From positions 1 to 64,000 of IMG/VR virus record IMGVR_UViG_3300045110_000102: a DNA stretch of 64,000 nucleotides. The stretch is one strand, 5' to 3'. Made by a program: the position numbers and the translations under genes. The DNA comes from a virus. The notes beneath the pieces are model-generated. The model made no database searches and was not told where the DNA came from. It saw only the letters and a list, made by a program, of their open reading frames with translations. Positions 29,320 to 39,561 of this stretch are shown here, in pieces (position 1 is the stretch's first letter; every line of letters starts with the position of its first letter).

Positions 29320-31089
29320 ATGGGCGATCCGGTATTTGGTATTAGCATTCGCAAAGTCGATGAAGGCGCGCGGCCCGTACTTGCCGCCGACCTTTCCACC
29401 ATCGGACTCATCGGTCCCTCACCGCTGGCCGATCAGGTTATCTATCCGCTCGACACTCCGGTGTTCCTGAACTCGAACGATCACAACAAGACGAAGAAGC
29501 TCGGCTACTCCGGCTACCTCGCCGACGCTGTGCGCGCGATCAACGATCAGCTTGGCGAGACGCAGTTCGCTGGCCGCATCGTTGTGATCCGCACTGCGCA
29601 GGGCACCGACCCTGATCCCGCACTGGCGCTGCAGCAGACCATCAGCAACATCGCTGGCGACTCGCTGCAGGGCACCGGCATGTGGGCGTTCCTCAAGTCT
29701 GCAGCGAAGCTCGGCTTCACGCCGCGCATCCTGCTTGCGCCCGGCTACACCTCGCAGATGGCGAACGGCATCGGCAGGATCGAGCGCACCGCGCCCGGCC
29801 AGAACTACGTGATGGATCATCTCTATCCCATCGAGTTCGAGGGCGGCGGCATCAACGTGGTGCCCGCGACCGGCCACGCCATCGGCATGAGCAACGGCAC
29901 GCTCGGCCCGGTGGTGCTCGAACTGCCCGGCGCTTGGTACGACAGCCCGCCGACGGTGGTCGTTCCTCCGCCCGGCTACACCTGCACGGCTGCGGCCATC
30001 GGGACCGGTGGTCTCGGCTATACGGTCGGCGAGCAACTGATGATGCCTGACAACGTCATCCTCAACGTTGACTCGATTGATGACGTCGGCGGCAACGGCG
30101 CGATCCTCACAGCGAGCGTCGTCAATGCTGGCTTCATCGTCGGCACCACCGCGCCGCCGACGGTGCCGGTCGAGCCGCTGTCATCGACTGGTGCTGGCAC
30201 CGGCGCGACCTTCACCGAGACGTGGGACGTGAGCGGCGAGCTTGCAGCGTACGAAGCCGAGGTGATGGCGGGTGCGAATCCGATCGTCGCCAGCGCGACG
30301 CCGATCTGCAATCAGTTGCTCGGTCACATGATCGTCGAGAGCGCAGGCTCTTCGATGCAGAACGACTTCGACTGGCGTGAGACGATGCAGAGCCATCGCC
30401 TGATCGCACTGTCGGGCGGCTGTCGTGTGATGGACCCGATCACGTCGTACATCGTGATCCGTCCGCTCGCGCCGCGTATGGCTGGCATCATGATCCGTCG
30501 CGATCACGAGACCGGCGCGCCGTTCCACTCTGCGGCGAACCAAGCGGTGCAGGGCATCGTCAGCCCGAACCGCGACATCGGATTCAATCTGACCGACAGC
30601 GCGAACGAAGCGCAGGAGTTGCTCGGAGCGAACATCGGTGTGCTGGTGCGTGGCGAGATCGGCGACGACTTCGCAATCGCGTCGGGCGGCTTCGTGCTGA
30701 TCTCGACCGACAACGTCGGCGAAGACCCGATTTGGCAAATGTATAATGTCATGAGAGGACGCGATTACATTCACCTCGGGATGCTCAAGACGCTGCGCTT
30801 CTATCTCGGTCGCTACAACATCATCGGTCACACGGTGCAGGCGATCCTGAACACCATGCAGTTCTTCCTGCGCGACCTGCATGCCGATCAGCACATCCTC
30901 GGCTACAAGGTGAACTTCCGCACCGAGGGCAACTCGCCGGAGCAGATCAGGCTCGGCCATCTCACCGTCGGCTTCAAGGCAGAAGAGCCGCCGGTCCTCA
31001 AGCATCTCACCATCGAGTCTTCGCGCTATCGCGAAGCCATCGACGAGATGGTCGCCGATCTCGCAACGCAGTTGAATCTCGCTGCGTAA
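29320..31089 (+). CDS. Tail sheath protein
   Basis: STIGLIG, YPLDTPV, PRILLAPG, PFHSAAN, NSPEQIRLGHL motifs. Confidence 0.92.
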   Translation: MGDPVFGISIRKVDEGARPVLAADLSTIGLIGPSPLADQVIYPLDTPVFLNSNDHNKTKKLGYSGYLADAVRAINDQLGETQFAGRIVVIRTAQGTDPDPALALQQTISNIAGDSLQGTGMWAFLKSAAKLGFTPRILLAPGYTSQMANGIGRIERTAPGQNYVMDHLYPIEFEGGGINVVPATGHAIGMSNGTLGPVVLELPGAWYDSPPTVVVPPPGYTCTAAAIGTGGLGYTVGEQLMMPDNVILNVDSIDDVGGNGAILTASVVNAGFIVGTTAPPTVPVEPLSSTGAGTGATFTETWDVSGELAAYEAEVMAGANPIVASATPICNQLLGHMIVESAGSSMQNDFDWRETMQSHRLIALSGGCRVMDPITSYIVIRPLAPRMAGIMIRRDHETGAPFHSAANQAVQGIVSPNRDIGFNLTDSANEAQELLGANIGVLVRGEIGDDFAIASGGFVLISTDNVGEDPIWQMYNVMRGRDYIHLGMLKTLRFYLGRYNIIGHTVQAILNTMQFFLRDLHADQHILGYKVNFRTEGNSPEQIRLGHLTVGFKAEEPPVLKHLTIESSRYREAIDEMVADLATQLNLAA

Positions 31090-31185
31090 TATTCTCACCC
31101 GTTCGGGCAGCACGAACTGACGTGCTTAAAACTGTAGGGACGACTGCAAGCGTCCGCCCGAACACTTCTTGAAAGGAATGATTCA

Positions 31186-31770
31186 ATGGCAAACCTCGGC
31201 ACTATCTACGTGATGGAGTCCGCGAACCTGATCGTCGGCGACCGTGGCAACAACGGCTCGGCGGCGGGTATCTCGACGCATCTCGTGCTGCAAGAGTTGA
31301 AGCTCCCGATGCTGGAGGAGAACAACGTTGACCACGCACCCGGCGGCGCGCCGGTGGCAATCGAGATTCCCACGCACATCAACAAGCTCGAAGCGACGTT
31401 CAACCTCGCTGGCTGGGACCCGATGATCATGGGCAAGATCGGGCGAGAGGGATACGAGCATCACGTCTTCACCGCGTACGGACTGATCAGGGATCGTCGT
31501 ACCTCGACGGCGCTGCAGGCCATCGCGGTGATGCAGGGTCGGCTCGGTCGCGTCAATCCGACCGCGTTCTCGAAGGGCAACCTGATGGCGCACGAGTACT
31601 CGATCAAGACCATCGTGCACTATGAACTGTGGATGCAGATGTCGGCGGAGGACAAGGACCCGACCGAGATTTACTGGTGGGACTTCTTCACCTCGCGTCT
31701 GCGCAGTGGTCGCGAAGAACTCACCGACCGCATGGTCAACGTGCTCGCGATCCCGGCGAACCCGGTCTAA
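31186..31770 (+). CDS. Tail tube protein (P2 FII-like)
   Basis: ELKLP, INKLEATF, IYWWDFF; follows the sheath gene. Confidence 0.88.
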   Translation: MANLGTIYVMESANLIVGDRGNNGSAAGISTHLVLQELKLPMLEENNVDHAPGGAPVAIEIPTHINKLEATFNLAGWDPMIMGKIGREGYEHHVFTAYGLIRDRRTSTALQAIAVMQGRLGRVNPTAFSKGNLMAHEYSIKTIVHYELWMQMSAEDKDPTEIYWWDFFTSRLRSGREELTDRMVNVLAIPANPV

Positions 31771-31773
31771 GCG

Positions 31774-31941
31774 ATGGCGATGACAGTCGCGCAATTGATT
31801 GCCGAGCTTCAGAAGATGGAGGTCGGCAAGCGCGTCGTCGTCGCAGATCGCGACGGCGCGGGCGGTCACGAGGACATCGAGTTCATCGACAAGCGAGTCG
31901 ATAGGGGCGAAGACGTCGTCGCGATCTGGTTTCACCATTAA
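31774..31941 (+). CDS. Small hypothetical protein (55 aa, MTVAQLIAELQKM...)
   Basis: Translated by hand; fills the gap; common phage N-terminal pattern. Confidence 0.6.
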   Translation: MAMTVAQLIAELQKMEVGKRVVVADRDGAGGHEDIEFIDKRVDRGEDVVAIWFHH

Positions 31942-31952
31942 CGGGAGCGGCA

Positions 31953-32408
31953 GTGATCACGCACAATAAGATGGGCGGTCGCACCGTCGAGCTATTCATT
32001 CCGTTCGAGCACGGCGGCAAGAAGATCGAGAAGATCACCTTCTCGCCGCTGCTGCTCGGGCACGTGCTGCGCTGGAATGAAGGCGCGTGGAAAACCATGA
32101 TCGGCTTGCTGGTCGAGCTTGCCGACGTGGACGAGACAGTCGTTCGCGGTTTGCGCTATCCGGACGCCGACCGGATCATGGAGACGTTCCTCGGCATGCT
32201 GACGCCGGAGATACGCGACGACATCGGCAACAACCGCATCCCGACTCCGTTCAACGCCGACGAAGATGTCGAGGCTGCGATGCGAGCGGTCGCGGCAGGA
32301 CAGACGGCGAATGGCGGCGACGATGGTCAGGGGCTCGACCCATCCCTGATGCGTGGCCCGGGCGTGCCGCTGCCGGAAGCTGGATTCGATCTGAGCGAAG
32401 AACCCTGA
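31953..32408 (+). CDS. Tail assembly chaperone
   Basis: VELFIPFEHGGKKIEKITF; lies between tube and tape measure genes. Confidence 0.75.
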   Translation: MITHNKMGGRTVELFIPFEHGGKKIEKITFSPLLLGHVLRWNEGAWKTMIGLLVELADVDETVVRGLRYPDADRIMETFLGMLTPEIRDDIGNNRIPTPFNADEDVEAAMRAVAAGQTANGGDDGQGLDPSLMRGPGVPLPEAGFDLSEEP

Positions 32409-32421
32409 AAGGGTTTGAACG

Positions 32422-35400
32422 ATGGGCGCTAACGACCAAGAGACAACGGTCCGCATCACCGCCGAGGACAACACCAGCAAAGCGGTGACGTCTATCGGCG
32501 CGCGGTTCTATGCCCTGCACAAGGAAGCGCAGGCGATGTTCCGTGGCTACGCTGACGGCGCGCTGGTCAGCACCAAGTCCATCGAGATGTTCGCGAAGAA
32601 GAACAAGACCACCTTCGATGAAGCCTTCCAGCAGATGCAGAAGCTGCACGACGCCGAGAACAAAGCGTTCAAGGCGCGGCAGGACGCTGCCGCCAACACG
32701 GACAAGGACAACACGAAGCAGGCGGCTGGCGCGAAGGGTGTCGCCAAAGAACTGGCGGGGATGGCCGCGCGCTATCTGTCGGTCGCCGCTGCCGTCGATA
32801 TCGTGCGGCGTTCGTTCCTCGGCTTTGCCGACTTCGACAAGAAGATGCGGCTGATCCAGAACGGCACCGACGCGACCAAGGAGCAGATGAAGGAATTCTC
32901 CGCTGTCATCAAGCAGGTCTCGGCGGAGACCGGCGCAAGTCTCGACGACGTCGCCGAAGGCTTCAAGACATTGCAGGAGACCGCGAACCTCTCGCTCGCC
33001 GAGACGCAGAAGATATTGCCGGAGCTTGCGGTGCAGGCCGATGGCATGGGCGTCAGCGTCACGCAGCTTGGTCGGCTGATGGGCGAGATGATGCGCAACT
33101 TCAACATCCCGGCTGCGGATGCCAGCCGCGCGATGGAGATCATCTCGCACGGCGCGCGCAAGCTCGGGCTCAACGTCGGCGATCTCGGCCCGGCGATCTC
33201 TGGTCTCACGTCGTCGATGGCGGAGTGGGGATACACCGGGGCCGAAGGTGCGGCGCGCATGGTCGCGATGCTCGGCGAAGCGCGCAAGGCGACCGGCGAT
33301 TCCTCGAAGGCCGCGCAGGTTCTCAGCAACATCTTCGAGAAGCTCGGCTCGGGACAACTGGCAGAAGCGCTCGGCAAGAATCCGCAGATGCTCTACAAGC
33401 AACTGAAGGAGATTCAAGCCGCAGGCGGCGACGTCATGGGCGCGATTGTCGCCATGATGGAAAAGGCGACCGATCAGCGCAAGGTGGCTGAAGCCATCGG
33501 CGTTCGCGACATCAAGGTCGTGCGCAAGCTGACCGAGTCGTGGGGCGACATGACCGGCAAGATCACCGAAGCGAAGAACGCGCAAGGTGGTTACGCTGCA
33601 GGATTGAACACGCTCAACAGCGCGCAGGGTCGCGTCAATCAGTTGATGGCGAGCATCGTCGAGTTGATGAACTCGCTCGGCGCACTGCTCGATGCGCTCG
33701 GCGCAACCACCGCACTGAAGTTTCTCGCCGATCAGATCATGGCCGCAGTCAAAGGCATGGAGCGTCTGACCGAGTTGTGGAAGTGGATCACCGGGCAGGA
33801 GATCAAGAAGCCCGAATGGATTCCGCAGAGCGGCGCGGAGTTCAGGCATCGGCTGTGGGGCTCGCGCGAGTATGGCGGCTTCGGCGAATTGAAGCGACCG
33901 TGGGATCGCGAGAAGAACGCGCCGGGCATGACGAAGGAAGAGAAGGCGGCGGAGCAGAAGCGCATCGAGTCGATGTCGCCGCAAGAGAAGGCGCTGTACG
34001 AGCAGGGCTTGAAGCGCCAGCGCGAACTGAACCAGCAGATCGAGACCACGACCGGCAACATCAAGAAGATGTCGTTCGCGTTGCCGGACACGCCGGGCTT
34101 CAAGGTGTGGAAGACCGCGCTCGGTGTCCCGCAAGGCGGCGGCGCTCCGAGTGCTGGCTATGGTGGCAGCGGCGATGCGTCGGTGCTTCCTGCATCGTAC
34201 TCGCCGGGCGGCGGTCTCGTGCATCGCGCGAGCTACGGCGGCGGCGACGGCACGCCAATCGGCAATGCATTCTCGCGCGCGAACGCGATGGGCGCGGGCA
34301 CACGCAACGTCGTGGACTTCGCTGCGGCGCGCGCGCGTCGCGTGTCGTATGGCGGCAGCGCGGACGCGCGCACGCTCGATGCTGATTATCATCCCGGCGA
34401 AGGCGGTTACCTCGGCGGGCCGGGCGGCGGTGTCGGCCCCGGCTACGGTGGGCACGGTGCAGGCGGTCCGGGCATCCCCGGCATGGAGCGCGCTGGTCCC
34501 GGCGGCTATGGCTCATCCTATGGCGGCGGCAGTCAACCGCAGATGACGGGGCGCGGATCGTCGCTGCCGGGCGCTGGCGGAGAGCGCACGCACGCGAGCC
34601 TTCCACCACCGAGCGGACCGCAGTCGCCGACTGAACCGTCTGGTGCCGTCGATGAGCACGGGCACGCGCACACCGGTGTCGGCGGCTATAACTTCATGGG
34701 CAGCGAACGCGCACGGAGGATGGGTTACAACATCCAGCACGGAAGCCGCGAAGCGCAGATGCCGTTCGCGACTGGCATTCCGAAGGATGCATACGGCGGC
34801 AGGCTGTCAACGATCCGCGCGAACAAGTACGCCGGACCGGACATGGCGGGCTTCCTGAAAGACCTGCACGAGGCTGGCGCGCCGCTCGATCAATTCGCTG
34901 GTGCCTACGTCAACAAGCCACGGCAACACGGCTACGGCAACGCGCTCGACATCGAGACCGGCTTCGGCAGCGGACCGGACAACAGTCCAAAGCTCCACGC
35001 GTGGGCGATGAAGAACCCGGAGCTATTCAAGAAGATTCAAGCGCAGCGTCATATGCGCAACCTCGATCCGACATCCGGATCGACGGTGAAGGATTGGGGA
35101 CACTTCGAGTGGACGCCGACCGGCAGAGCGCCAGTGGGCCAGACGCAGACCGCGTCCGCCGATGCAGCAAACCCGATGGGTACGCCTGACACTGCGCCAG
35201 CGGCGGGCGGAACGGCATCAGGAGACTTCAAAGGGAATCGCGTCAACCAAGACGTCCTGAAGACGCGCATTCAACAAGCCAACTCCGAATGGATGAAGGA
35301 CCCCAAGAATCAACAGAAGATTTTCCGAACGCTTCAGGCTGAAGGCGGCGGCAACATAGCTGCCAACTTGGAGCAGATGTCGAACTACGCAGCGTCCAGA

Positions 35401-36138
35401 AACAAGAGCCTGCAACAGGTTGTGGAAGCTCGGGGCACCAAACAATTCTATGGTCCGCTTCGGCGTTTCCACGGTGATCCCGGCGCAGGGCGAATGATGC
35501 CGCATGAGCGTGATGCGTACAACAGCGCATGGACTCCACAGAAGCAGGCGGCGTGGGACAAGGCCAGCAACGAGGTGTTCTCTGGCGGGTCCAACAGAAT
35601 CAATTACGCAACCGATCAAGGAACGGTCGGCGATCCGAACTATGACCCGAACAGGATGACCAACGTCGGCGGCAATATGTTCGGTGTTCAACCGGGCACT
35701 GGAAAGTGGGTTAGTGCGCAGCGAGGTAAGCCACAAGTCGAAGGTCCAGTCACCGCTGTCGCCGAAGCGCCGAAGACTGAGACGCCAGCGACGACGCAGA
35801 CTGCAGAGGCAGGGCAAGACAACACGCCGCTCGGTCGCGCGTTCGCAGCGAGCCAACGCAGCAGGACGCGCGGCATTACCAGAGACCCGGTGCACGATGC
35901 TCAGATGGAGCGCCATCGCGAGGAGACCGAGGCGCTGAAGAAGAAGGACGCCGCAGCACCAGCGGAGGAGCCGTCGATCCCAGAGCGAGCGAAGAACGAA
36001 GTCGAGAAGCCGCTGCAGATGAATGTCAAGGTCAACCAGAACGACGTGCAATTCGCGCGCTCATCGATGAAGCGACAGGCTGATCGTGAGGTGCGCGAAG
36101 CGCGGTGGAGTTCGTACAGCGACATAGGTGCTGCATGA
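32422..36138 (+). CDS. Tape measure protein with C-terminal peptidoglycan hydrolase-like domains
   Basis: ITAEDNTS N-terminus, Ala-rich helical body; HGYGNALDI...DWGHFE motif. Confidence 0.88.
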   Translation: MGANDQETTVRITAEDNTSKAVTSIGARFYALHKEAQAMFRGYADGALVSTKSIEMFAKKNKTTFDEAFQQMQKLHDAENKAFKARQDAAANTDKDNTKQAAGAKGVAKELAGMAARYLSVAAAVDIVRRSFLGFADFDKKMRLIQNGTDATKEQMKEFSAVIKQVSAETGASLDDVAEGFKTLQETANLSLAETQKILPELAVQADGMGVSVTQLGRLMGEMMRNFNIPAADASRAMEIISHGARKLGLNVGDLGPAISGLTSSMAEWGYTGAEGAARMVAMLGEARKATGDSSKAAQVLSNIFEKLGSGQLAEALGKNPQMLYKQLKEIQAAGGDVMGAIVAMMEKATDQRKVAEAIGVRDIKVVRKLTESWGDMTGKITEAKNAQGGYAAGLNTLNSAQGRVNQLMASIVELMNSLGALLDALGATTALKFLADQIMAAVKGMERLTELWKWITGQEIKKPEWIPQSGAEFRHRLWGSREYGGFGELKRPWDREKNAPGMTKEEKAAEQKRIESMSPQEKALYEQGLKRQRELNQQIETTTGNIKKMSFALPDTPGFKVWKTALGVPQGGGAPSAGYGGSGDASVLPASYSPGGGLVHRASYGGGDGTPIGNAFSRANAMGAGTRNVVDFAAARARRVSYGGSADARTLDADYHPGEGGYLGGPGGGVGPGYGGHGAGGPGIPGMERAGPGGYGSSYGGGSQPQMTGRGSSLPGAGGERTHASLPPPSGPQSPTEPSGAVDEHGHAHTGVGGYNFMGSERARRMGYNIQHGSREAQMPFATGIPKDAYGGRLSTIRANKYAGPDMAGFLKDLHEAGAPLDQFAGAYVNKPRQHGYGNALDIETGFGSGPDNSPKLHAWAMKNPELFKKIQAQRHMRNLDPTSGSTVKDWGHFEWTPTGRAPVGQTQTASADAANPMGTPDTAPAAGGTASGDFKGNRVNQDVLKTRIQQANSEWMKDPKNQQKIFRTLQAEGGGNIAANLEQMSNYAASRNKSLQQVVEARGTKQFYGPLRRFHGDPGAGRMMPHERDAYNSAWTPQKQAAWDKASNEVFSGGSNRINYATDQGTVGDPNYDPNRMTNVGGNMFGVQPGTGKWVSAQRGKPQVEGPVTAVAEAPKTETPATTQTAEAGQDNTPLGRAFAASQRSRTRGITRDPVHDAQMERHREETEALKKKDAAAPAEEPSIPERAKNEVEKPLQMNVKVNQNDVQFARSSMKRQADREVREARWSSYSDIGAA

Positions 36139-36383
36139 GAGACCAAGACTGGGTCGTCACCTTCAAGGTTGAAACGCGTCAAGGCACATCGATCACCGAG
36201 TTCTATCGTGGCTCGCGCAACGAGTGCCTGCGCATCAAGGAGATGAGCACCAGCGGCGGCTCTGATGATCAGCAGGCAACGCGCGGCTGGCGCGCCATCG
36301 CCGGGCTTGCGCAGGAGTGGGACGACTTCATCGACCACGAGAGTCCGGTCGAGGTGTTTGCTGTTGCGATGATGGGGCGGTGA
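36135..36383 (+). CDS. Small hypothetical protein
   Basis: ATGA overlap with the tape measure stop. Confidence 0.55.
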   Translation: MRDQDWVVTFKVETRQGTSITEFYRGSRNECLRIKEMSTSGGSDDQQATRGWRAIAGLAQEWDDFIDHESPVEVFAVAMMGR

Positions 36384-36387
36384 TCGA

Positions 36388-37011
36388 ATGGCGAACTGGG
36401 TTCTGTTTCAATGGGGGCCGATTCAATTTCAGGTCTTTCCGTTCAACGTCAACGAGATGTCGCATCACACCGGTGCTGACTGGGCGAAGAAGGAGATCGC
36501 CGGTGCCGCGATGTATCGCGAGTGGGTTGGTGAGAACGACGAGCAGATCACGCTGAAGGGCCGCGTCTTCCCGCACTTCTTCGCGCGCGCTGCGTACACG
36601 CGCAAGATCAGACAGCCAGTGGTCGGCGGCGGAGCGGTGATGACCGTATCGCCCGACGAGAACAATCCGGTCGGCGGGCTGTTGCAGCAGCACACCGGCG
36701 GCGACTTCGCCAACAGCGGCGGGCTCACGCATCTCGACGTGATCGACAACATGCGCAGGCTCGGTCAGGCGCACGTGCTGATCCGTGGCGATGGCTGGCA
36801 CTTCGGCTGGTTCATCATCGAGACGCTCAATCGCGGACACTCGCTGATCGCGCCCGACGGCATCGGCCAGATGATCGAGTTCGAGGCGAGCTTCCAACGC
36901 GTGCCGATCCCGAACGACGGCGCGTCGAACTATGGACAGATCACGGGATCGGGTGGCGTGCAGAACGAAGCACCGTCACCGGCACCAGCGCCGCCGGACA
37001 GGTTCGCATGA
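36388..37011 (+). CDS. Tail protein U-like
   Basis: LFQWGPIQF, EWVGE..EQITLKGRVFP, LIRGDG..FGWFII. Confidence 0.85.
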   Translation: MANWVLFQWGPIQFQVFPFNVNEMSHHTGADWAKKEIAGAAMYREWVGENDEQITLKGRVFPHFFARAAYTRKIRQPVVGGGAVMTVSPDENNPVGGLLQQHTGGDFANSGGLTHLDVIDNMRRLGQAHVLIRGDGWHFGWFIIETLNRGHSLIAPDGIGQMIEFEASFQRVPIPNDGASNYGQITGSGGVQNEAPSPAPAPPDRFA

Positions 37012-37325
37012 CAGTCTCATCCTATGACGTGGTGACAGTCTCATCCGACTACATCACCGCCGACAGCATTCTGTGGAAGCGCTATCGCAACCGCGCGCCG
37101 AAGATGATCGAGCAGATGATGGATGACAATCCGCACCTCGCGAAGTGTCATCGCTATTCGCCGTTCCTTCCGGTCGGCACCGTGGTCCGCATCCCGATTG
37201 ACTTCGGCGTCTTGAGCGGCGCGCCGCAGCGCAAGAACACGGTCGTGCTGTGGGGCACGACTGGCGAGAGCGATCCGGAGCAGCAGATGTATCAAGGGAC
37301 ACGGAAGCCGGGGGAAGTGGTGTAG
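37008..37325 (+). CDS. Tail protein X-like
   Basis: D.ILWKRY...NPHLA...LPVGTVVRIP...LW. Confidence 0.85.
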   Translation: MTVSSYDVVTVSSDYITADSILWKRYRNRAPKMIEQMMDDNPHLAKCHRYSPFLPVGTVVRIPIDFGVLSGAPQRKNTVVLWGTTGESDPEQQMYQGTRKPGEVV

Positions 37326-38903
37326 ATGGCTGAGCATCAAGGTCCGCGTCGTCGCGCTGCATGTCACATCTGGGTCGCTGGCAAAGACGTGTCGGCGCGG
37401 CTGTCGCCGTATCTGATCTCGGTGCAGGTGATCGACTCGCTGTCTGAGATGCCTCAGTGCAACATCGAACTCGATGACCGCAATGCGGAGCTACAGATTC
37501 CGCCGGATGGCGATCCGATATACGTCGCGCTCGGCTGGGCAGGTGAAGGCCCGCGACTGTTTGAAGGCGGTCGCGGCAAGACGTTCGAGCACACCGCGAG
37601 CCTCGGGCTCATGGCTGGAGAGAAGGAAGCCGCGTGGGGCGGTCCCGGTATGGTGCCGGTGTTCATTGGATGGGTGACGTCGGTCGAGTCAGGCTTCGGT
37701 CGTCGTGGCGGCGGTCGTCGATTGTGGATCGAGGCCAAAGGCAACAACGACAAGAGCACGACGAAGGAGCTTCAACGTGGACACGTCGGAGAAGGAAAAC
37801 AGGAGGACGGTGGGGGAGGCTCTCAAGGAGGTGGGAGTGGCGGCGGCGCGGGTGGCTCGGGCGGCGGTGCGGGTGCTGGTGGCGGTGGTCAAATCCCAAT
37901 GCAGACGGCTCTCACGCAAGTGTTCGCGAAGTCCGGACTGAGCGTGAAGCTCTCGCCGCAGATGGCGAAGATCAAGCGCGACTATTGGAATTGGAATGAC
38001 TCGCCGATGAACCTCGGGCGACGTCTCGCCGAAGAGAACGGCGGCTTCTTCACGATCTCGAACAACATCGCATCGATGGTCGGCAAGGGTGAGTTCACCA
38101 ACGCCGACGGCACACCGATGCCGAACGTCGAGGCGGTGTGGGGCGTCAACCTGATCGGCTGGCGCATCAAGCCGTACACCTCGCGGCCACAGTACGGCGG
38201 CGCTGCTGCGCGGCACTTCGACTTCATGGAAGCTGCGTGGAAGACCGTCGAAGGAAAGGTCGGCGGCTCGACACCGTTCGGCGGAGCCGGTGCCATCGCG
38301 CATCAGATCGCATCGGTGGCTGACTCCGCAACCGCCGAGCAGAACAACGCGGGCGCTGCGGGCGATGCATCGAGCAATCGCGGGCACGGCTGGGTGCTGC
38401 TCAACGGCGAACCGAACTGCAAGGCTGGCGGCATGGTGACGATTGTCGGCGCGCGGCCCGGCATCGACTGCACCTATCTGATCGAGCAGGCCGAGCACAA
38501 CTACACGCGCGGCGTCGGCTATACCACGCGCTGCAACGTGATGTACCCGACGCCGATCCCGACCGATTGGGGATGGAGCAACGACCCGGGCATGGGAAAG
38601 ATTCCGACCGAGCGCGACAAGACGGTCGAGGAGAAGAAGGCCGACGTCGAGAAGAAGGCGGCGGACGAGCGCGCCGCAGAGATCGAGGAGGAGAAGAAGG
38701 CCATCGAAGAGCGGCAGCGCAGAGCCGATCAGGCGTTCATCGAAGAGCGCGCCAACTCAGACTTCGTCCCCGGGCGCGCGCCGTTCGATAATTACTGGGG
38801 ATGGATGAGCGGCGAGCCTAGCGCGCGCGACATCGCGGCGGCAAAGCTCTGGTACGAGCGCCGCAATCAGGCGCTGCCGCCTGCGTGGCAGAAGTATCAA
38901 TAG
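37326..38903 (+). CDS. Baseplate hub / late control D-like protein
   Basis: GKDVSARLSPYLISVQVID...IELDDR, VALGW, YLIEQAEHNY..GVGYTTR. Confidence 0.85.
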   Translation: MAEHQGPRRRAACHIWVAGKDVSARLSPYLISVQVIDSLSEMPQCNIELDDRNAELQIPPDGDPIYVALGWAGEGPRLFEGGRGKTFEHTASLGLMAGEKEAAWGGPGMVPVFIGWVTSVESGFGRRGGGRRLWIEAKGNNDKSTTKELQRGHVGEGKQEDGGGGSQGGGSGGGAGGSGGGAGAGGGGQIPMQTALTQVFAKSGLSVKLSPQMAKIKRDYWNWNDSPMNLGRRLAEENGGFFTISNNIASMVGKGEFTNADGTPMPNVEAVWGVNLIGWRIKPYTSRPQYGGAAARHFDFMEAAWKTVEGKVGGSTPFGGAGAIAHQIASVADSATAEQNNAGAAGDASSNRGHGWVLLNGEPNCKAGGMVTIVGARPGIDCTYLIEQAEHNYTRGVGYTTRCNVMYPTPIPTDWGWSNDPGMGKIPTERDKTVEEKKADVEKKAADERAAEIEEEKKAIEERQRRADQAFIEERANSDFVPGRAPFDNYWGWMSGEPSARDIAAAKLWYERRNQALPPAWQKYQ

Positions 38904-38915
38904 GGAGATTCACCC

Positions 38916-39557
38916 ATGACAACCATCGTCATCAGTTCGGGGCATGGAGCCAAGGTGCCGGGCGCGGACGGCATCATCAACGAAGTGCAGCAGGCCCGAC
39001 GCGTCGTTGATGCGCTGGCTGCGGAGTTGGAGTCGCGTGAGGTCAACGTGATCGTGTTTCACGACGACACCTCGACCAGTCAGGGCGAGAACCTCAACAC
39101 CATCGTTGCGGCGCATAATCGCGAGACGCGCGATCTCGACATCAGCGTGCACTTCAATGCGTTCGAGCAGCGCGAGGGTCCGGTCGGCACGGAGGTCTGG
39201 TACATCAGCCAGAAGAATCTCGCCGCGCAATTGTCGGCAGCGATGGCTGACGGTGGTGACTTCATTGATCGCGGCGCGAAGTACACCGATGATTTGAAGT
39301 TTCTCAACTCGACGAATAAGCCAGCCGTGCTGCTTGAGGTCTGCTTCGTGGACAGCGAGGAGGACTGCCGACTGTACGAGATGAACTTCACCACCATCAT
39401 CGAAGCGCTGGCTGACGTGTTCGCCGAGGGCGAGGAAGAGATCACCGAGCCGGTGCCGCCGCCGGGCGAAGAGATCATCCCGCCGCGCGTGGACATCTCG
39501 GTCAGCGGTGATGTGCTGATCTACGTCAACGGCGATCAGGTCGGCACGAAGGGTTGA
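38916..39557 (+). CDS. N-acetylmuramoyl-L-alanine amidase (Amidase_3) endolysin
   Basis: IVISSGHG, ISVHFNA, GTEVWY, PAVLLEVCFVD. Confidence 0.92.
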   Translation: MTTIVISSGHGAKVPGADGIINEVQQARRVVDALAAELESREVNVIVFHDDTSTSQGENLNTIVAAHNRETRDLDISVHFNAFEQREGPVGTEVWYISQKNLAAQLSAAMADGGDFIDRGAKYTDDLKFLNSTNKPAVLLEVCFVDSEEDCRLYEMNFTTIIEALADVFAEGEEEITEPVPPPGEEIIPPRVDISVSGDVLIYVNGDQVGTKG

Positions 39558-39561
39558 AGCC

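Noticed and set aside
31101-31163. Pistol or hammerhead ribozyme, or tRNA
   Set aside because: No pseudoknot partner for loop AACTGA, no CUGANGA/GAAA core, no T-loop or CCA; kept only as a generic structured element
32395-32425. Programmed frameshift extending the tail chaperone (AAAGGGTTT)
   Set aside because: The run lies after the stop codon and only 13 bp separate chaperone and tape measure genes
32251-34455. 734-aa antisense ORF opposite the tape measure gene (and similar ones at 12114, 27212, 56890)
   Set aside because: Typical antisense shadows of high-GC3 genes; no recognisable motifs
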